This document shows positions 10,028 to 21,282 of a stretch of DNA of 64,000 nucleotides, piece after piece. The stretch's first letter is position 1; each line of letters starts with the position of its first letter. The stretch spans positions 96,001-160,000 of the forward strand of contig CAWKBC010000027.1 in the NCBI GenBank assembly GCA_963847705.1, given 5' to 3'. The stretch is from an uncultured Pseudomonadota bacterium. Lineage in GTDB: Bacteria; Myxococcota_A; Polyangia; Fen-1088. The translations under genes were made by a program, and so were the position numbers. The notes under the pieces are model-generated. The model saw only the letters and a program-made list of their open reading frames with translations. It was not told the DNA's origin and did not search any database.

Positions 10028-11561
10028 GGGCTGCTTCGGCCTCTGGCGGCCTCGCCGGTCCCGCGGCGAGCTCGATGAGCTGCCGCAAGTCCGTTCGGCA
10101 GGTGTCATCGAGCTCACCGGTGTTTCCCAGGCGCGCGACGGCTCCCGGGCGATCCTCGAGTGCATCCGCAAGGGCGGCTCGGAAGCTGGTCATCCCTTCG
10201 GCAGGAAGCCGATCCAGCGTCCCGTCCGCCAGGGCGAGGAGCATCGCGACCTGAAGCGCGAAGGGTTGTGGCTGCATTTGCACCTGGGACAACAGGGCCC
10301 GAATGCGGCGGCCATGCTCGACGATTACCCGGGTGCGTTCGTCGGAGATACCACCGAAATGGGTGAACACCTCGAGCTCCAGAAACTGTGCGTAGGCAAG
10401 GCGCAACGGCTCGGCCAGCGTCCGCATCGCAGGCTTCTGAGTCTTGCCGCCGACCCGTGAGACGCTCAGCCCCACGTCGACCGCGGGCTTCTGACCGGCG
10501 TGGAACAGCTTGGCATCGAGGACGATTTGCCCGTCCGTGATGGAGATGAGATTGGTCGGAATGTAGGCGCTCAGGTTCCCCTCCTGAGTCTCCGCGATCG
10601 GCAGCGCGGTCACCGAGCCGCCGCCGCAGCGCTGGTGAAGCTTGGCCGCGCGTTCGAGCAGCCGCGCGTGCACGTAGAAGATGTCGCCGGGGAACGCCTC
10701 GCGCCCGGGCGGTTGCCGCAACAGCAGCGAGAGCTGGCGGTGGACGTCGGCATGCTTGGTGAGATCGTCGATGACGATGAGGACGTCGCGGCCACTGCGC
10801 GCGAAGTGCTCCGCCATGGTGAACCCGGCGTAGGGGGCCAGCCACTGAAGCCCAGGCGCCGCGTGCTCGGCGTCGGCGACGACGAACAGGCACCTCTGTG
10901 GGTTCCCGTGCTCCCGGACCTGTTCGATCACGCGCTTGACGGCCGAGGCCCGTTGTCCGATCGCCACGTAGACGCAGAGGACGTCGCTGTCGCGTTGGTT
11001 GATGATCGCGTCGACGGCCAGGGTGGTCTTGCCGGTCGATCGATCGCCGATGATCAGCTCCCGTTGCCCCCGACCGATGGCGAACATCGCGTCCACCACC
11101 GCGGTCCCCGTCTCCAGCGGCACAACGACGGGCGCGCGATCGATGATCGCCGGTGCCGGGCGGTCGGCGGGCTCGAAGTGGTCCACGGCAATGGGGCCGC
11201 CATCGTCGAGCGGGCGGCCCAGCGGATCGACGATGCGGCCGAGCAGGGCGTCGCCCACGGGGACTTCCACGACGCGGCCCGTGCCGCGCACGATCTGACC
11301 GGCAGCCGCCCGCGTCGTACTGTCGAGGAGAACGCAACCAATCTCGTCCTTGCCGAGCTCAACCGCTTGCCCCATCGTCCCGTCGGGAAGCTCGAGGAGC
11401 TCGTCGAGTGCGGCGTCCGGAAGGCCGACCACGCGAGCGACACCGTCGCCCACGTGAACGATGCGCCCGATGCGCTCCACGACCGGCGCCACCGCCAGAC
11501 GCCGGAGTCGCTCTGCTGCTCCCGTCGTCCAGAGGTCCAATCGCGTGGCGAGATCGTTCAT
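10020..11561 (-). CDS. atpA: N-type ATPase alpha subunit
   Basis: GRGQRELIIGDRSTGKT, PPGREAFPGDIFY, YIPTNLISITDGQI. Confidence 0.97.
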   Translation of the reverse strand: MNDLATRLDLWTTGAAERLRRLAVAPVVERIGRIVHVGDGVARVVGLPDAALDELLELPDGTMGQAVELGKDEIGCVLLDSTTRAAAGQIVRGTGRVVEVPVGDALLGRIVDPLGRPLDDGGPIAVDHFEPADRPAPAIIDRAPVVVPLETGTAVVDAMFAIGRGQRELIIGDRSTGKTTLAVDAIINQRDSDVLCVYVAIGQRASAVKRVIEQVREHGNPQRCLFVVADAEHAAPGLQWLAPYAGFTMAEHFARSGRDVLIVIDDLTKHADVHRQLSLLLRQPPGREAFPGDIFYVHARLLERAAKLHQRCGGGSVTALPIAETQEGNLSAYIPTNLISITDGQIVLDAKLFHAGQKPAVDVGLSVSRVGGKTQKPAMRTLAEPLRLAYAQFLELEVFTHFGGISDERTRVIVEHGRRIRALLSQVQMQPQPFALQVAMLLALADGTLDRLPAEGMTSFRAALADALEDRPGAVARLGNTGELDDTCRTDLRQLIELAAGPARPPEAEAAHV

Positions 11562-12304
11562 GGCTCTTTCAGCGCGCGCTGGACCTGAGCGACCTGCTCG
11601 CGCCAGCTGTGGCGTACGACGGCGGTGGGAAGGTGAATCTCGGCTCCGGCCAAGAGAGCGGAGTCCTCGGCGAACGCAATCGCCATGTGCTCGCCCAGCG
11701 CATGGTGCAACCGCGCTGAGACCGCATCCCGTTTCACGGTCTCCAGGGGCACCGCCGTCACAACCCGGATTTCGCCGGATCCGGATGCGACGTGAGCCGT
11801 CGCTTCCCGTCCGGTGTTGCCGTCCATCGACTCGATCGTTCGAAGGGCCTCGTCGAGCAGATGCGTCGAGGCGTCGTTCACCCCCGACATGGTGAGGAGA
11901 CGGCCGGCGATCCCAGCCGCCAGCTCCGCGGCCCGTGCTTGAAGCGTGGATTCGGCGGCTGTCCGTTCCCGAGCGAGCGCCGCTTCTCCTTCCTTGAGGA
12001 GGCTGTCGGCAGACCGCCGCGCCTCGGCCAAGAGCTGGTCGCGCCGGGACTCCGCGTCCCGGCCCGCCTCGAGCAGAAACCGATCACGTTCGCCCGCCGC
12101 TGCCCGATGCTGGCGCTCCGCCTCGGCGCACAGTTCCACTGCCTTGGTCCGCTCGGCGGCGGCCGCCGCCAGAGGCGCCTCCACCTCACGCTGTCGCCGG
12201 GCGATCATCGCCTGTACTGGCCGGTACAGCCAATACCGGAGCACCCCGGCAAGGACCAGGAAGTTCACGGTCTGGAAGGCGAAGGTGGCGAGGTGGGAGT
12301 GCAT
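11558..12304 (-). CDS. atpF: N-type ATPase b subunit with delta-like C-terminal extension
   Basis: FQTVNFLVL...LYRPV membrane anchor, coiled coil, C-terminal FAEDSALLAGAEI. Confidence 0.9.
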   Translation of the reverse strand: MHSHLATFAFQTVNFLVLAGVLRYWLYRPVQAMIARRQREVEAPLAAAAAERTKAVELCAEAERQHRAAAGERDRFLLEAGRDAESRRDQLLAEARRSADSLLKEGEAALARERTAAESTLQARAAELAAGIAGRLLTMSGVNDASTHLLDEALRTIESMDGNTGREATAHVASGSGEIRVVTAVPLETVKRDAVSARLHHALGEHMAIAFAEDSALLAGAEIHLPTAVVRHSWREQVAQVQRALKEP

Positions 12305-12310
12305 GGCCGA

Positions 12311-12559
12311 CTAGTGGGCGTGGACGAAGGGATTCGCGAACAGGATGAGCAGGGCGACGACCAGGCAGTAGATCGCCATGGTCTCGATCATCGCGAGGCC
12401 CACGAACAGGGTGCGCGAGAGCGACGGCGCCGATTCGGGCTGGCGTGCCATCGCCTCCATGGCGGCGGCGACAGCCCGCCCCTCGGCCAGCGCGGGGCCG
12501 ATGGCCCCGAAGGAGACGGCGACGACGGCGCCGATGATGCTGATCTGCTCGATGGTCAT
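12311..12559 (-). CDS. atpE: N-type ATPase c subunit
   Basis: GAIGPALAEGRAV...ARQPE...FVGLAMIETMAIY. Confidence 0.96.
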   Translation of the reverse strand: MTIEQISIIGAVVAVSFGAIGPALAEGRAVAAAMEAMARQPESAPSLSRTLFVGLAMIETMAIYCLVVALLILFANPFVHAH

Positions 12560-13266
12560 GTGGTCTGTTCCTTTCCGGTTTCTGTACGAGGCGACGCGGC
12601 GCCCAGGGCGGCCGCGATGAACACGGCGGCGAGCGTGGTGAAGATGTAGGCTTGGATGAGGCCGGTGAGCAGCTCGAGACCCATCAAGGGCAGGGGGACC
12701 AAGAGTCCGGCCAGTCCGAGGACGATGGCGATGATGAACTCCCCGCTCATCACGTTCCCGAAGAGGCGAATCATCAGCGAGAACGTCCGGGTCACCTCGG
12801 AGAGCAGGTTGAGCGGCAACAGGAAGATCGACGGTCGGGCGAACTCTCGCAGGTAGCCGAGGAGCCCGCGCCGGCTCACGCCGGCGACGTGGACCGAGAA
12901 GAAGACGATCGCGGCCAGCGCGGCGGGCGTTTCGAGATGGGCAGTCGGCGCCTGGAGCCCTGGAACGAGGCCGCTGACATTGGCAAAAACGAGGAAGATG
13001 AACATCGTTCCGAGGAGCCACACGTAGCTGCCTCCGACGTCCGGAATCACATCGCCGATTTGGCTCTCGATTGTCGTCACCAGGAGCTCGAGCGCGGTCT
13101 GGACTCGTCCGGGACGCACCCGTAAGCGGCGCGTCAGCAGCCGACTTCCAATCATCAGCACCGCCATGATCCCCCAGGTGATCACCACCGGCCGGGTGAC
13201 GGGCACCGGCCCCACCTTGAAGACAACGGGGAGGTCGAAGGGGGAATGGCTGGTCCCGCCGTTCAT
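12556..13266 (-). CDS. atpB: N-type ATPase a subunit
   Basis: SLMIRLFGNVMSGE (essential Arg), GLIQAYIFTTL. Confidence 0.95.
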   Translation of the reverse strand: MNGGTSHSPFDLPVVFKVGPVPVTRPVVITWGIMAVLMIGSRLLTRRLRVRPGRVQTALELLVTTIESQIGDVIPDVGGSYVWLLGTMFIFLVFANVSGLVPGLQAPTAHLETPAALAAIVFFSVHVAGVSRRGLLGYLREFARPSIFLLPLNLLSEVTRTFSLMIRLFGNVMSGEFIIAIVLGLAGLLVPLPLMGLELLTGLIQAYIFTTLAAVFIAAALGAASPRTETGKEQTT

Positions 13267-13538
13267 GCCCGGACCTCCGGCGTGGGGCGGACCAGAACCG
13301 TACGCGCGATCAGAGTGCCCCCCGCGAGGCAGAGGAGTGGAAGAGCCCCCGCCCGTGCCGCCACCACCAGAGCGATCGTCAGCAGGGCCCATCGTCCGAA
13401 ATGGAGCGCGACCCCGAGCGGCCAGTGGCGTGATGTGTAGAACCGGACATTCAGGCGCAAGAGCGCGAAGAAGGCGCCGCCGATGGCCACACCGCTGAGG
13501 GTCGCGATCACGATGCGCATGACGAGGAATGCGGTCAC
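13263..13538 (-). CDS. atpR: N-ATPase-specific membrane subunit AtpR
   Basis: About 91 aa, three hydrophobic segments with intramembrane Arg (FGRW, IART), between atpQ and atpB; GAGGAGG RBS. Confidence 0.8.
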   Translation of the reverse strand: MTAFLVMRIVIATLSGVAIGGAFFALLRLNVRFYTSRHWPLGVALHFGRWALLTIALVVAARAGALPLLCLAGGTLIARTVLVRPTPEVRA

Positions 13539-13812
13539 GACCTCCTCACCTTCTGCCAGACGAGCCCAGCGCCCAGCGCGGCGCCACAGAAGATGAGCGT
13601 CGCCGACCAAAACACACCGGAGCCGTATCGGTTGTCGAGCCATCTTCCGAGCAGCGCACCGCCGAGCGGAGGCAGCACGAGGAGCCAGCCCAAGGATCCG
13701 ACCAGGCCCAGGTTTCGCAGCAGCGCACGCGAGCCTTCGCGCAACCAGCGGTCGCGTCGATCCCGCCGCTTTCGTACGGCCGAGGCCATCTCCTCCGAGG
13801 TGTCTTTCGACG

Positions 13813-13816
<4 letters not shown>
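13535..13816 (-). CDS. atpQ: AtpQ (AtpZ/AtpI gene-1 family)
   Basis: GSLGWLLVLPPLGGALLGRWLD; operon position. Confidence 0.85.
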
Positions 13817-15659
<1,843 letters not shown>

Positions 15660-15668
15660 TCACGTATT

Positions 15669-15828
15669 TGCAAGGTGGACGCCAGGTGACGCGGCCCGGG
15701 AATTGAGAGCGGGTACGGCCTTTGGCGCGCAGTTCTTTCGCTATGGCAACCGCCGCCGCAGAAAATGCGCGCTTCGGTATCGGGGAAGCCGGTATGACGA
15801 CACGTGGGGTTGCGGCTCGCCACTTGCA
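15669..15828. promoter_or_regulatory. Divergent sigma54 promoters (atp operon / acyl-CoA ligase-GNAT) around a tandem enhancer pair
   Basis: (-) TGGCGTCCACCTTGCA 15669-15684; sites CGCA-GTTCT-TTCG 15728-15740 and CGCA-GAAAA-TGCG 15757-15769; (+) CGGCTCGCCACTTGCA 15813-15828. Both promoters are 44 bp from the nearest site. Confidence 0.78.
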
Positions 15829-15841
15829 GCCTCGCTTCCCG

Positions 15842-18629
15842 ATGCAACCAGAGCCAGGCGTCGAGAATCGAGAGTGCGGACCGGCCGAGACGCCCTCTCT
15901 GCCGCGGGAAGCGACCTTGGCGCACGATCTCCTCCGGCAGGCGAGACCGCATCCGCTGGATCCCTTCTTTCGCCCACGCTCGGTGGCGGTGATCGGCGCG
16001 ACCGAGACGCCCCGCGGCGTCGGGCGGACGCTGCTCCACAACCTGATCTCGTCCCCATTCGGCGGGACGGTCTATCCAGTCAATCCGAAACGCGACAGCG
16101 TGCTCGGCATCAGGGCCTACCGCTCCATCGCCGATGTGCCGGCGGCCGTCGACCTGGCGGTCATCGTGACCCCGGCCGCGAGCGTTCCGGCGATCGTCGG
16201 GGAGTGCGCCGATCGCGGGGTCCCGGCGGCGGTCATCATCTCGGCCGGCTTTCACGAGACGGGGGCGGCGGGCGCGGCGCTCGAGCAGAAGGTGCTCGTC
16301 GAGGCCAGGCGGGGGCGGATGCGGATCGTGGGGCCCAACTGCCTTGGAATGATGAGCCCGCTGACCGGGCTCAACGCCACCTTCGCGGCCGGGATGGCCC
16401 TTCCGGGGAGCGTCGCGTTCTTGAGCCAGAGCGGCGCGCTCCTGACCGCGATCCTCGACTGGAGCCTGCGGGAGCGGGTGGGGTTCAGCGCGTTCGTGTC
16501 CTTGGGGGCGATGATCGACGTGGGGTGGGGCGATCTCATCGACTATCTCGGCGATGACCCGCGCACGCGCGCCATCGTGATCTACATGGAATCGATCGGC
16601 GACGCGCGCGCGTTTCTCTCGGCCGCGCGCGAGGTCGCGCTCTCGAAGCCGATCATCGTCATCAAGGCCGGGCGCTCCGAAGCGGCCAGCCGGGCGGCGG
16701 CCTCGCACACGGGGGCGCTGACCGGATCGGATGCCGTGCTCGACGCGGCGTTCAGGCGAAGTGGGGTTCTGCGCGTGACCGACATCGGCGACGTGTTTCG
16801 CTTGGCCGACGTGCTCGGCAGGCAGCCGCGCCCTCGGGGCCCGCGCCTCACCATCGTGACCAACGCCGGAGGGCCGGGCGTCCTGGCGACTGACGCGCTC
16901 GTCGCCGGGGGCGGGGAGCTGGCACCCCTTGGCGCCGAGGCGCGCGCTCGTCTCGACGCCGTGCTGCCGGCCGCCTGGAGTCACGCCAATCCGCTCGACA
17001 TCCTGGGTGACGCCGATCCCGCACGGTACGCGACGGCGCTTTCGCTGGCGGCGGACGATCCGACCAGCGACGGCTTGCTCGCCATCCTCACACCGCAGGA
17101 CATGACCGATCCGACGCTCACCGCGGAGGCGCTCTCCAAGTACGGGCATGTCGAGGGCAAGCCAGTCCTCGCCAGCTGGATGGGGGGCGCCGACGTCGCG
17201 GCCGGGGTCGACATCTTGAATCGGGCCGGCATCCCGACTTTCCCCTTTCCGGACGACGCCGCGCGCACCTTCTGTCAGATGTGGCGCTACTCCGACAACT
17301 TGCGCAGTCTCTACGAGACGCCCGAGCGTCGCCCCGACGCCGATCTCCGTCCCGAGGAGGCGCGGGCGATCATCGACGGCGCGCGGGCCGAGCGCCGCAC
17401 GCTGCTCGACGAGCACGAGTCGAAAGCTATTCTGGAGGCGTTCGGAATTCCCACCGCCACAACGCGCGTGGCGCGCGACGAAGTCGAGGCCGTCGCGGCG
17501 GCGCGCACCGTCGGTTTTCCGGTCGCTCTCAAGCTCTGGTCGCGGACCATCACCCACAAGACCGACGTCGGAGGCGTCAGGCTCGGCTTGCCTGACGAGG
17601 CAGCCGTGCGCGACGCCTTCCGACAGATCAAGGCCAGTGTAAGCGAGAAGGTCGGTGCCGAGCATTTTCTGGGCGTGACGGTCCAGACTTCGGTCGATCG
17701 TCGCGACAGCTACGAGTTGATCCTGGGCTGCTCGATTCGATCCCCAGCTCGGACCGGTGTTGCTCTTCGGGACGGGCGGGGAGCTCGTCGAGGTGTTCCG
17801 CGATCGGACCCTGGCGCTTCCCCCTCTCAACATGACGCTGGCCCGCCGTACCATCGCCGAGACGCGGATCTCCAGGGCGCTCGCCGGAGTCCGGGGACGC
17901 GCTCCCGTCGACCTCGACGCCCTGGCCTCGCTCCTGGTTCGGTTCGGCGACCTCGTGGTCAAGCAACCCCGTATTCGTGAGATCGACATCAACCCCCTCT
18001 TGGCCTCGGCGCGCGGTCTCTTGGCGCTGGACGCCCGCATCGTTCTCCACGATGAGACCATCACCGACGGTACTCTCCCCCGCCCGGTCATCCGGCCCTA
18101 CCCGGCGGAGCATGTCGCGGCGGTCACCGCGCGCGACGGGACGCCGCTGACCATTCGGCCGATCCGACCGGAGGACGAGCCGCTCCTGATCGCGTTTCAC
18201 CAGACGCTCAGTGAGGAGAGCATCCGGATGCGCTACATGCAGGGGATGAAGCTTGATGCGCGCACCGCCCATGAGCGCCTTCTTCGCATCTGCTTTCCCG
18301 ACTACGATCGCGAAATCGCTCTGGTCGCAGAGCACCGACCTAAAGGCGGGGGGGAGCGGGCCGTCGTCGCAGTCGGGCGCCTGAGCCGTGATCGGGTCGT
18401 GCGGTCGGAGGCGGAGTTCTCCTTGCTCGTCGCGGATCCCTGGCAAGGCCGCGGCGTCGGCCCCCAGGTTCTGGCGCGCCTCATCGAGGTGGCGCGCAGG
18501 GAGGGGATCGCACGAATTTACGCCGACATCTTGGAGTCCAACATGCGGATGCAGTGTCTCTGCGCGGGACTCGGGTTTGCGATCGGAAAGGCCGACGGCG
18601 GGGTAGTTCGCGCCGAACGAGAGATCTGA
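15842..18629 (+). pseudogene. Bifunctional ADP-forming acyl-CoA ligase / GNAT acetyltransferase (Pat-like), split by a +1 frameshift (real lesion or sequencing error)
   Basis: [37 protein letters not shown]. Removing one T at 17736-17737 gives [15 protein letters not shown] and joins the 17757-18629 frame ending in GNAT (EFSLLVADPWQGRGVG). Confidence 0.85.
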
Positions 18630-18643
18630 TCCTCGACGGCTCT

Positions 18644-19372
18644 TCAGCCCCCCGAGGAGCGTTTGACGGCGAGCTGGACCCAGGAGACCACGCTCCCTGT
18701 GTCGAGAGGCTTCGCCAGCGTGTCGGCCTGTCCCAGATCTCTTTGGATCTCGTCCTGGAGGCCTTCCGCTTGCCCCGAAATGAAGAGAATCTGGATCGAT
18801 GGATCCCGCGCCCGCAGCTGGCGGGCAATCTCCATTCCGCTCGCGTCGGGCAAGCGATAGTCGAGGACGGCCGTCCGGAGACGCCGACGGTGCGCCAAAG
18901 CTTCGGCGGCCGTGTGACTCACGACGACCTCGTGTCCCGCCGCTGTGAGCGCCTCGGCGAGGTTTTCGGCGAGATTCACCTCGTCGTCCACCACCAGCGC
19001 CGCGGCCGGTCGCAGGGCAAGCGACTCAAAAGCCTCGACCAACGTCGGTAGCGGCACCGGCTTGGGTAGGAACAGCCAGGCCCCCGCGGCCCGCGATCGG
19101 TCGATCGTCGCCTCGTCTGTGTAGGCGCTCATCATCAGGACGGGAATTCTTTCGCCCCGACGCCGGAGCTCCTCGATCAGCTGAGCTCCGGTCTGGCCGG
19201 GAAGCTTGTAGTCGGTGACGACCGCTGTGATCCCACCTTGCGCGACCCGCTCGAGCCCAGCCTCTGCCGACCCGGCAACCTCGGTCTCGAATCCGATCCC
19301 TTGCAAGATCTCGGCGATGTTTTCGGCGAGCTCGATTTGATCGTCGACCACCAAGACGTGTCCGGACTTCAT
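18644..19372 (-). CDS. Response regulator with two REC domains and no output domain (NmpT/AfGcHK partner-like)
   Basis: VLVVDD...VVTDYKLPG...LPKP and LVVDD...AVLDYRLPD...LAKP; both phospho-Asp present. Confidence 0.9.
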   Translation of the reverse strand: MKSGHVLVVDDQIELAENIAEILQGIGFETEVAGSAEAGLERVAQGGITAVVTDYKLPGQTGAQLIEELRRRGERIPVLMMSAYTDEATIDRSRAAGAWLFLPKPVPLPTLVEAFESLALRPAAALVVDDEVNLAENLAEALTAAGHEVVVSHTAAEALAHRRRLRTAVLDYRLPDASGMEIARQLRARDPSIQILFISGQAEGLQDEIQRDLGQADTLAKPLDTGSVVSWVQLAVKRSSGG

Positions 19373-19439
19373 GGGGTTCCCGCCTAACAACTAGATCACC
19401 GCCCGGCGCGGGTCAAACGACCAGCTGGTCGAAGGGCGG

Positions 19440-19531
19440 CGCATCCCTTGCGCCTGCCTGCGATTTCGTGCGCACGAATTGCGTCCCCAGGGCCCCCCGT
19501 GCGGCGGTCCCAGGCTGGCACGTCGCTCGCA
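19440..19531 (+). promoter_or_regulatory. Tandem enhancer pair and sigma54 promoter of the cytochrome c'-like gene
   Basis: CGCA-TCCCT-TGCG 19440-19452, CGCA-CGAAT-TGCG 19471-19483; TGGCACGTCGCTCGCA 19516-19531. Confidence 0.78.
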
Positions 19532-19544
19532 GCAGGCGTTGACC

Positions 19545-20009
19545 ATGAAAACTCGGACGATCGTTGCTTCGTCTACGCTGCTCGCCTGCGCCATCGCCGT
19601 CGCGCTGCTTCTGCGTCCCACCCGCTCGATTGTCCGCGGACCCGAGCTGGCCCCGCCGGAGCACATTCCCCCGGCGGCACGCGCCGTCATCGCCAGCAAG
19701 ATGCGCAGGCACGCTCAGCAGCTCCCCGTACTCGTGTCCGAGGTGGCCGTCCTCGACTACGACGGCGTGGCGAAAACAGCCGGTGAGATCTTCGACGAGC
19801 CGCAAATCGCCCGTCCCCTGACGGGGGACGAGCTCAACGGGCTCCTCCCCGAGCGGTTCTTCGTGTTACAGGATGCTCTGCGGATGTCTGCCCGCCAGGT
19901 CGTAGAGGCCGCCGCCCAGCGGGACAGTGGGCGATTGGCCGCGACGTTCGGCGAGCTGACGAAGACCTGCGTCTCTTGCCACGACGTCTACCTTCACGGC
20001 GCGCCCTAG
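19545..20009 (+). CDS. Class II (c'-like) cytochrome c
   Basis: Signal/anchor, helical protein, single C-terminal CVSCH. Confidence 0.8.
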   Translation: MKTRTIVASSTLLACAIAVALLLRPTRSIVRGPELAPPEHIPPAARAVIASKMRRHAQQLPVLVSEVAVLDYDGVAKTAGEIFDEPQIARPLTGDELNGLLPERFFVLQDALRMSARQVVEAAAQRDSGRLAATFGELTKTCVSCHDVYLHGAP

Positions 20010-20902
20010 GCCCGCCGAAGGCGCGCCAAGGTTCCGAGGGACAGAAGGGCGACCAGCGGAATCCCCAAGAAGATGCTGGGCTGCACCAGCGTCAGCACCG
20101 CGAACAGCAGTCCGGCCGCCGTGAAAGTGACCGCGTGCCAGCACCATCTGCGCCCTTCGAGGGCGAGGATGCCGGAAGCGACGAACAGGGCGAACGTGAG
20201 GGCCCAGAGCAGGACCTGGACGTTGTCGCGGGTATTTGACACCGGCCGATCCTCGGCGCGCAGCTTGATGCCCTCCATCATCTTCCGCTCCATCGCGAAG
20301 TGAATCGGCTCAAAGATGCTTCGCTCGAAGCTGGCGCCTAGAAGGCCGAGGCTCCCGCGACCGCGGCCCCGCATGATGAGGCGTGACATGCCGGCGTCGA
20401 CGGGCTCCACGACGAAGGCCCAGGTGCCGTCCGGTTGATCGGTCAGTGCAGTGCCCGGCCGGCGCGTATAAAAAACCAGCGCGTGTCCGGAATCGTAACG
20501 GGCCAGCGGAGCTTGGCCTACGCCACCCGCTCGGTCTTGGGGATACATCCAAAGCTTGTCCCCCTCTTGCCAGTGCTGGAGCGCAGGGATCAGATAGTCG
20601 AGGTTCGTCATCTTGCAGCCGACGAGGTTTTCGAGGATCTCGTAGCTGTAGAAGCCGGCGCGGTCCTGGCCGATCTGCGCCACCCAGGGCCAGACCTGAC
20701 TGGCGGATGCATGAATCAGGACCGCTCGTGTTTCGCGAGGGGTCCCCAGCCAAAGGAGATTGTCGCCTGGAAGAGGGGCAGTCCTGAGTCTCTGGTCCGC
20801 ACCCCAGCTCAGGTACCAGGGGCGCGCGACCAGAAAGAAGGCCAGAAGTAGCCCAGAAAAGCAGGCCATCAGCGTGATGGCCCGAGCGGTGAGACCGCGC
20901 AC
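20006..20902 (-). CDS. Membrane protein with SRPBCC-like domain
   Basis: RAVLIHASASQVWPWVAQIGQDRAGFYSY...WAFVVEP...FAMERKMMEGIK plus hydrophobic helices. Confidence 0.65.
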   Translation of the reverse strand: MRGLTARAITLMACFSGLLLAFFLVARPWYLSWGADQRLRTAPLPGDNLLWLGTPRETRAVLIHASASQVWPWVAQIGQDRAGFYSYEILENLVGCKMTNLDYLIPALQHWQEGDKLWMYPQDRAGGVGQAPLARYDSGHALVFYTRRPGTALTDQPDGTWAFVVEPVDAGMSRLIMRGRGRGSLGLLGASFERSIFEPIHFAMERKMMEGIKLRAEDRPVSNTRDNVQVLLWALTFALFVASGILALEGRRWCWHAVTFTAAGLLFAVLTLVQPSIFLGIPLVALLSLGTLARLRRA

Positions 20903-20903
20903 G

Positions 20904-21257
20904 TTACTTCTCTGGGTTCATGGCTTCGTGCATCAGCCGCATTCCCTCCGCCATCTTCTGGAGTCGCGTCGCCATCGCCGCGTCGGGAGACGTCAGAGTG
21001 ATCGTGACGCCCTTGTCGACGTTTTTCACCGAGACCTTCGTTCCGGCCCCGCCCATCATCATCGGGCCCATCCCGCCCATCATGCCGCCGCCCATCATGC
21101 CGCCGCCCATCATGCCGCCGCATATCCCATCACCATGCTCGTGCCCGGCCGGCATCGAGGTTTGGGCCTTCGTCGTGGGGGCGCTCGTTTGGGCGATGGC
21201 CAGGCCACTGCCGATCACCACTGCCAGAAATACCGATACCAGGGAAGCGCGTCTCAT
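20904..21257 (-). CDS. Exported His/Met/Gly-rich small protein, possibly metal binding
   Basis: Signal peptide (AIA-Q), HEHGDGICGGMMGGGMMGGGMMGGMGPMMMGG. Confidence 0.75.
   Translation of the reverse strand: MRRASLVSVFLAVVIGSGLAIAQTSAPTTKAQTSMPAGHEHGDGICGGMMGGGMMGGGMMGGMGPMMMGGAGTKVSVKNVDKGVTITLTSPDAAMATRLQKMAEGMRLMHEAMNPEK
21073..21117. repeat. 3 x 15-bp perfect tandem repeat encoding GMMGG
   Basis: CCGCCCATCATGCCG three times. Confidence 0.9.
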
Positions 21258-21282
21258 GTTTGATCCTCTTCTTCGTGCGGGT

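Noticed and set aside
17725-17750. Programmed ribosomal frameshift
   Set aside because: No slippery heptamer, and the break falls inside a conserved domain.
19440-19455. sigma54 promoter for the dual-REC gene (AGGCGCAAGGGATGCG, minus strand); likewise TGGCGCATTCCCTGCA at 25761
   Set aside because: Both coincide with a palindrome at the 30-31 bp pair spacing, which mimics GG-N10-GC, so they were treated as enhancer sites; dual use is not excluded.
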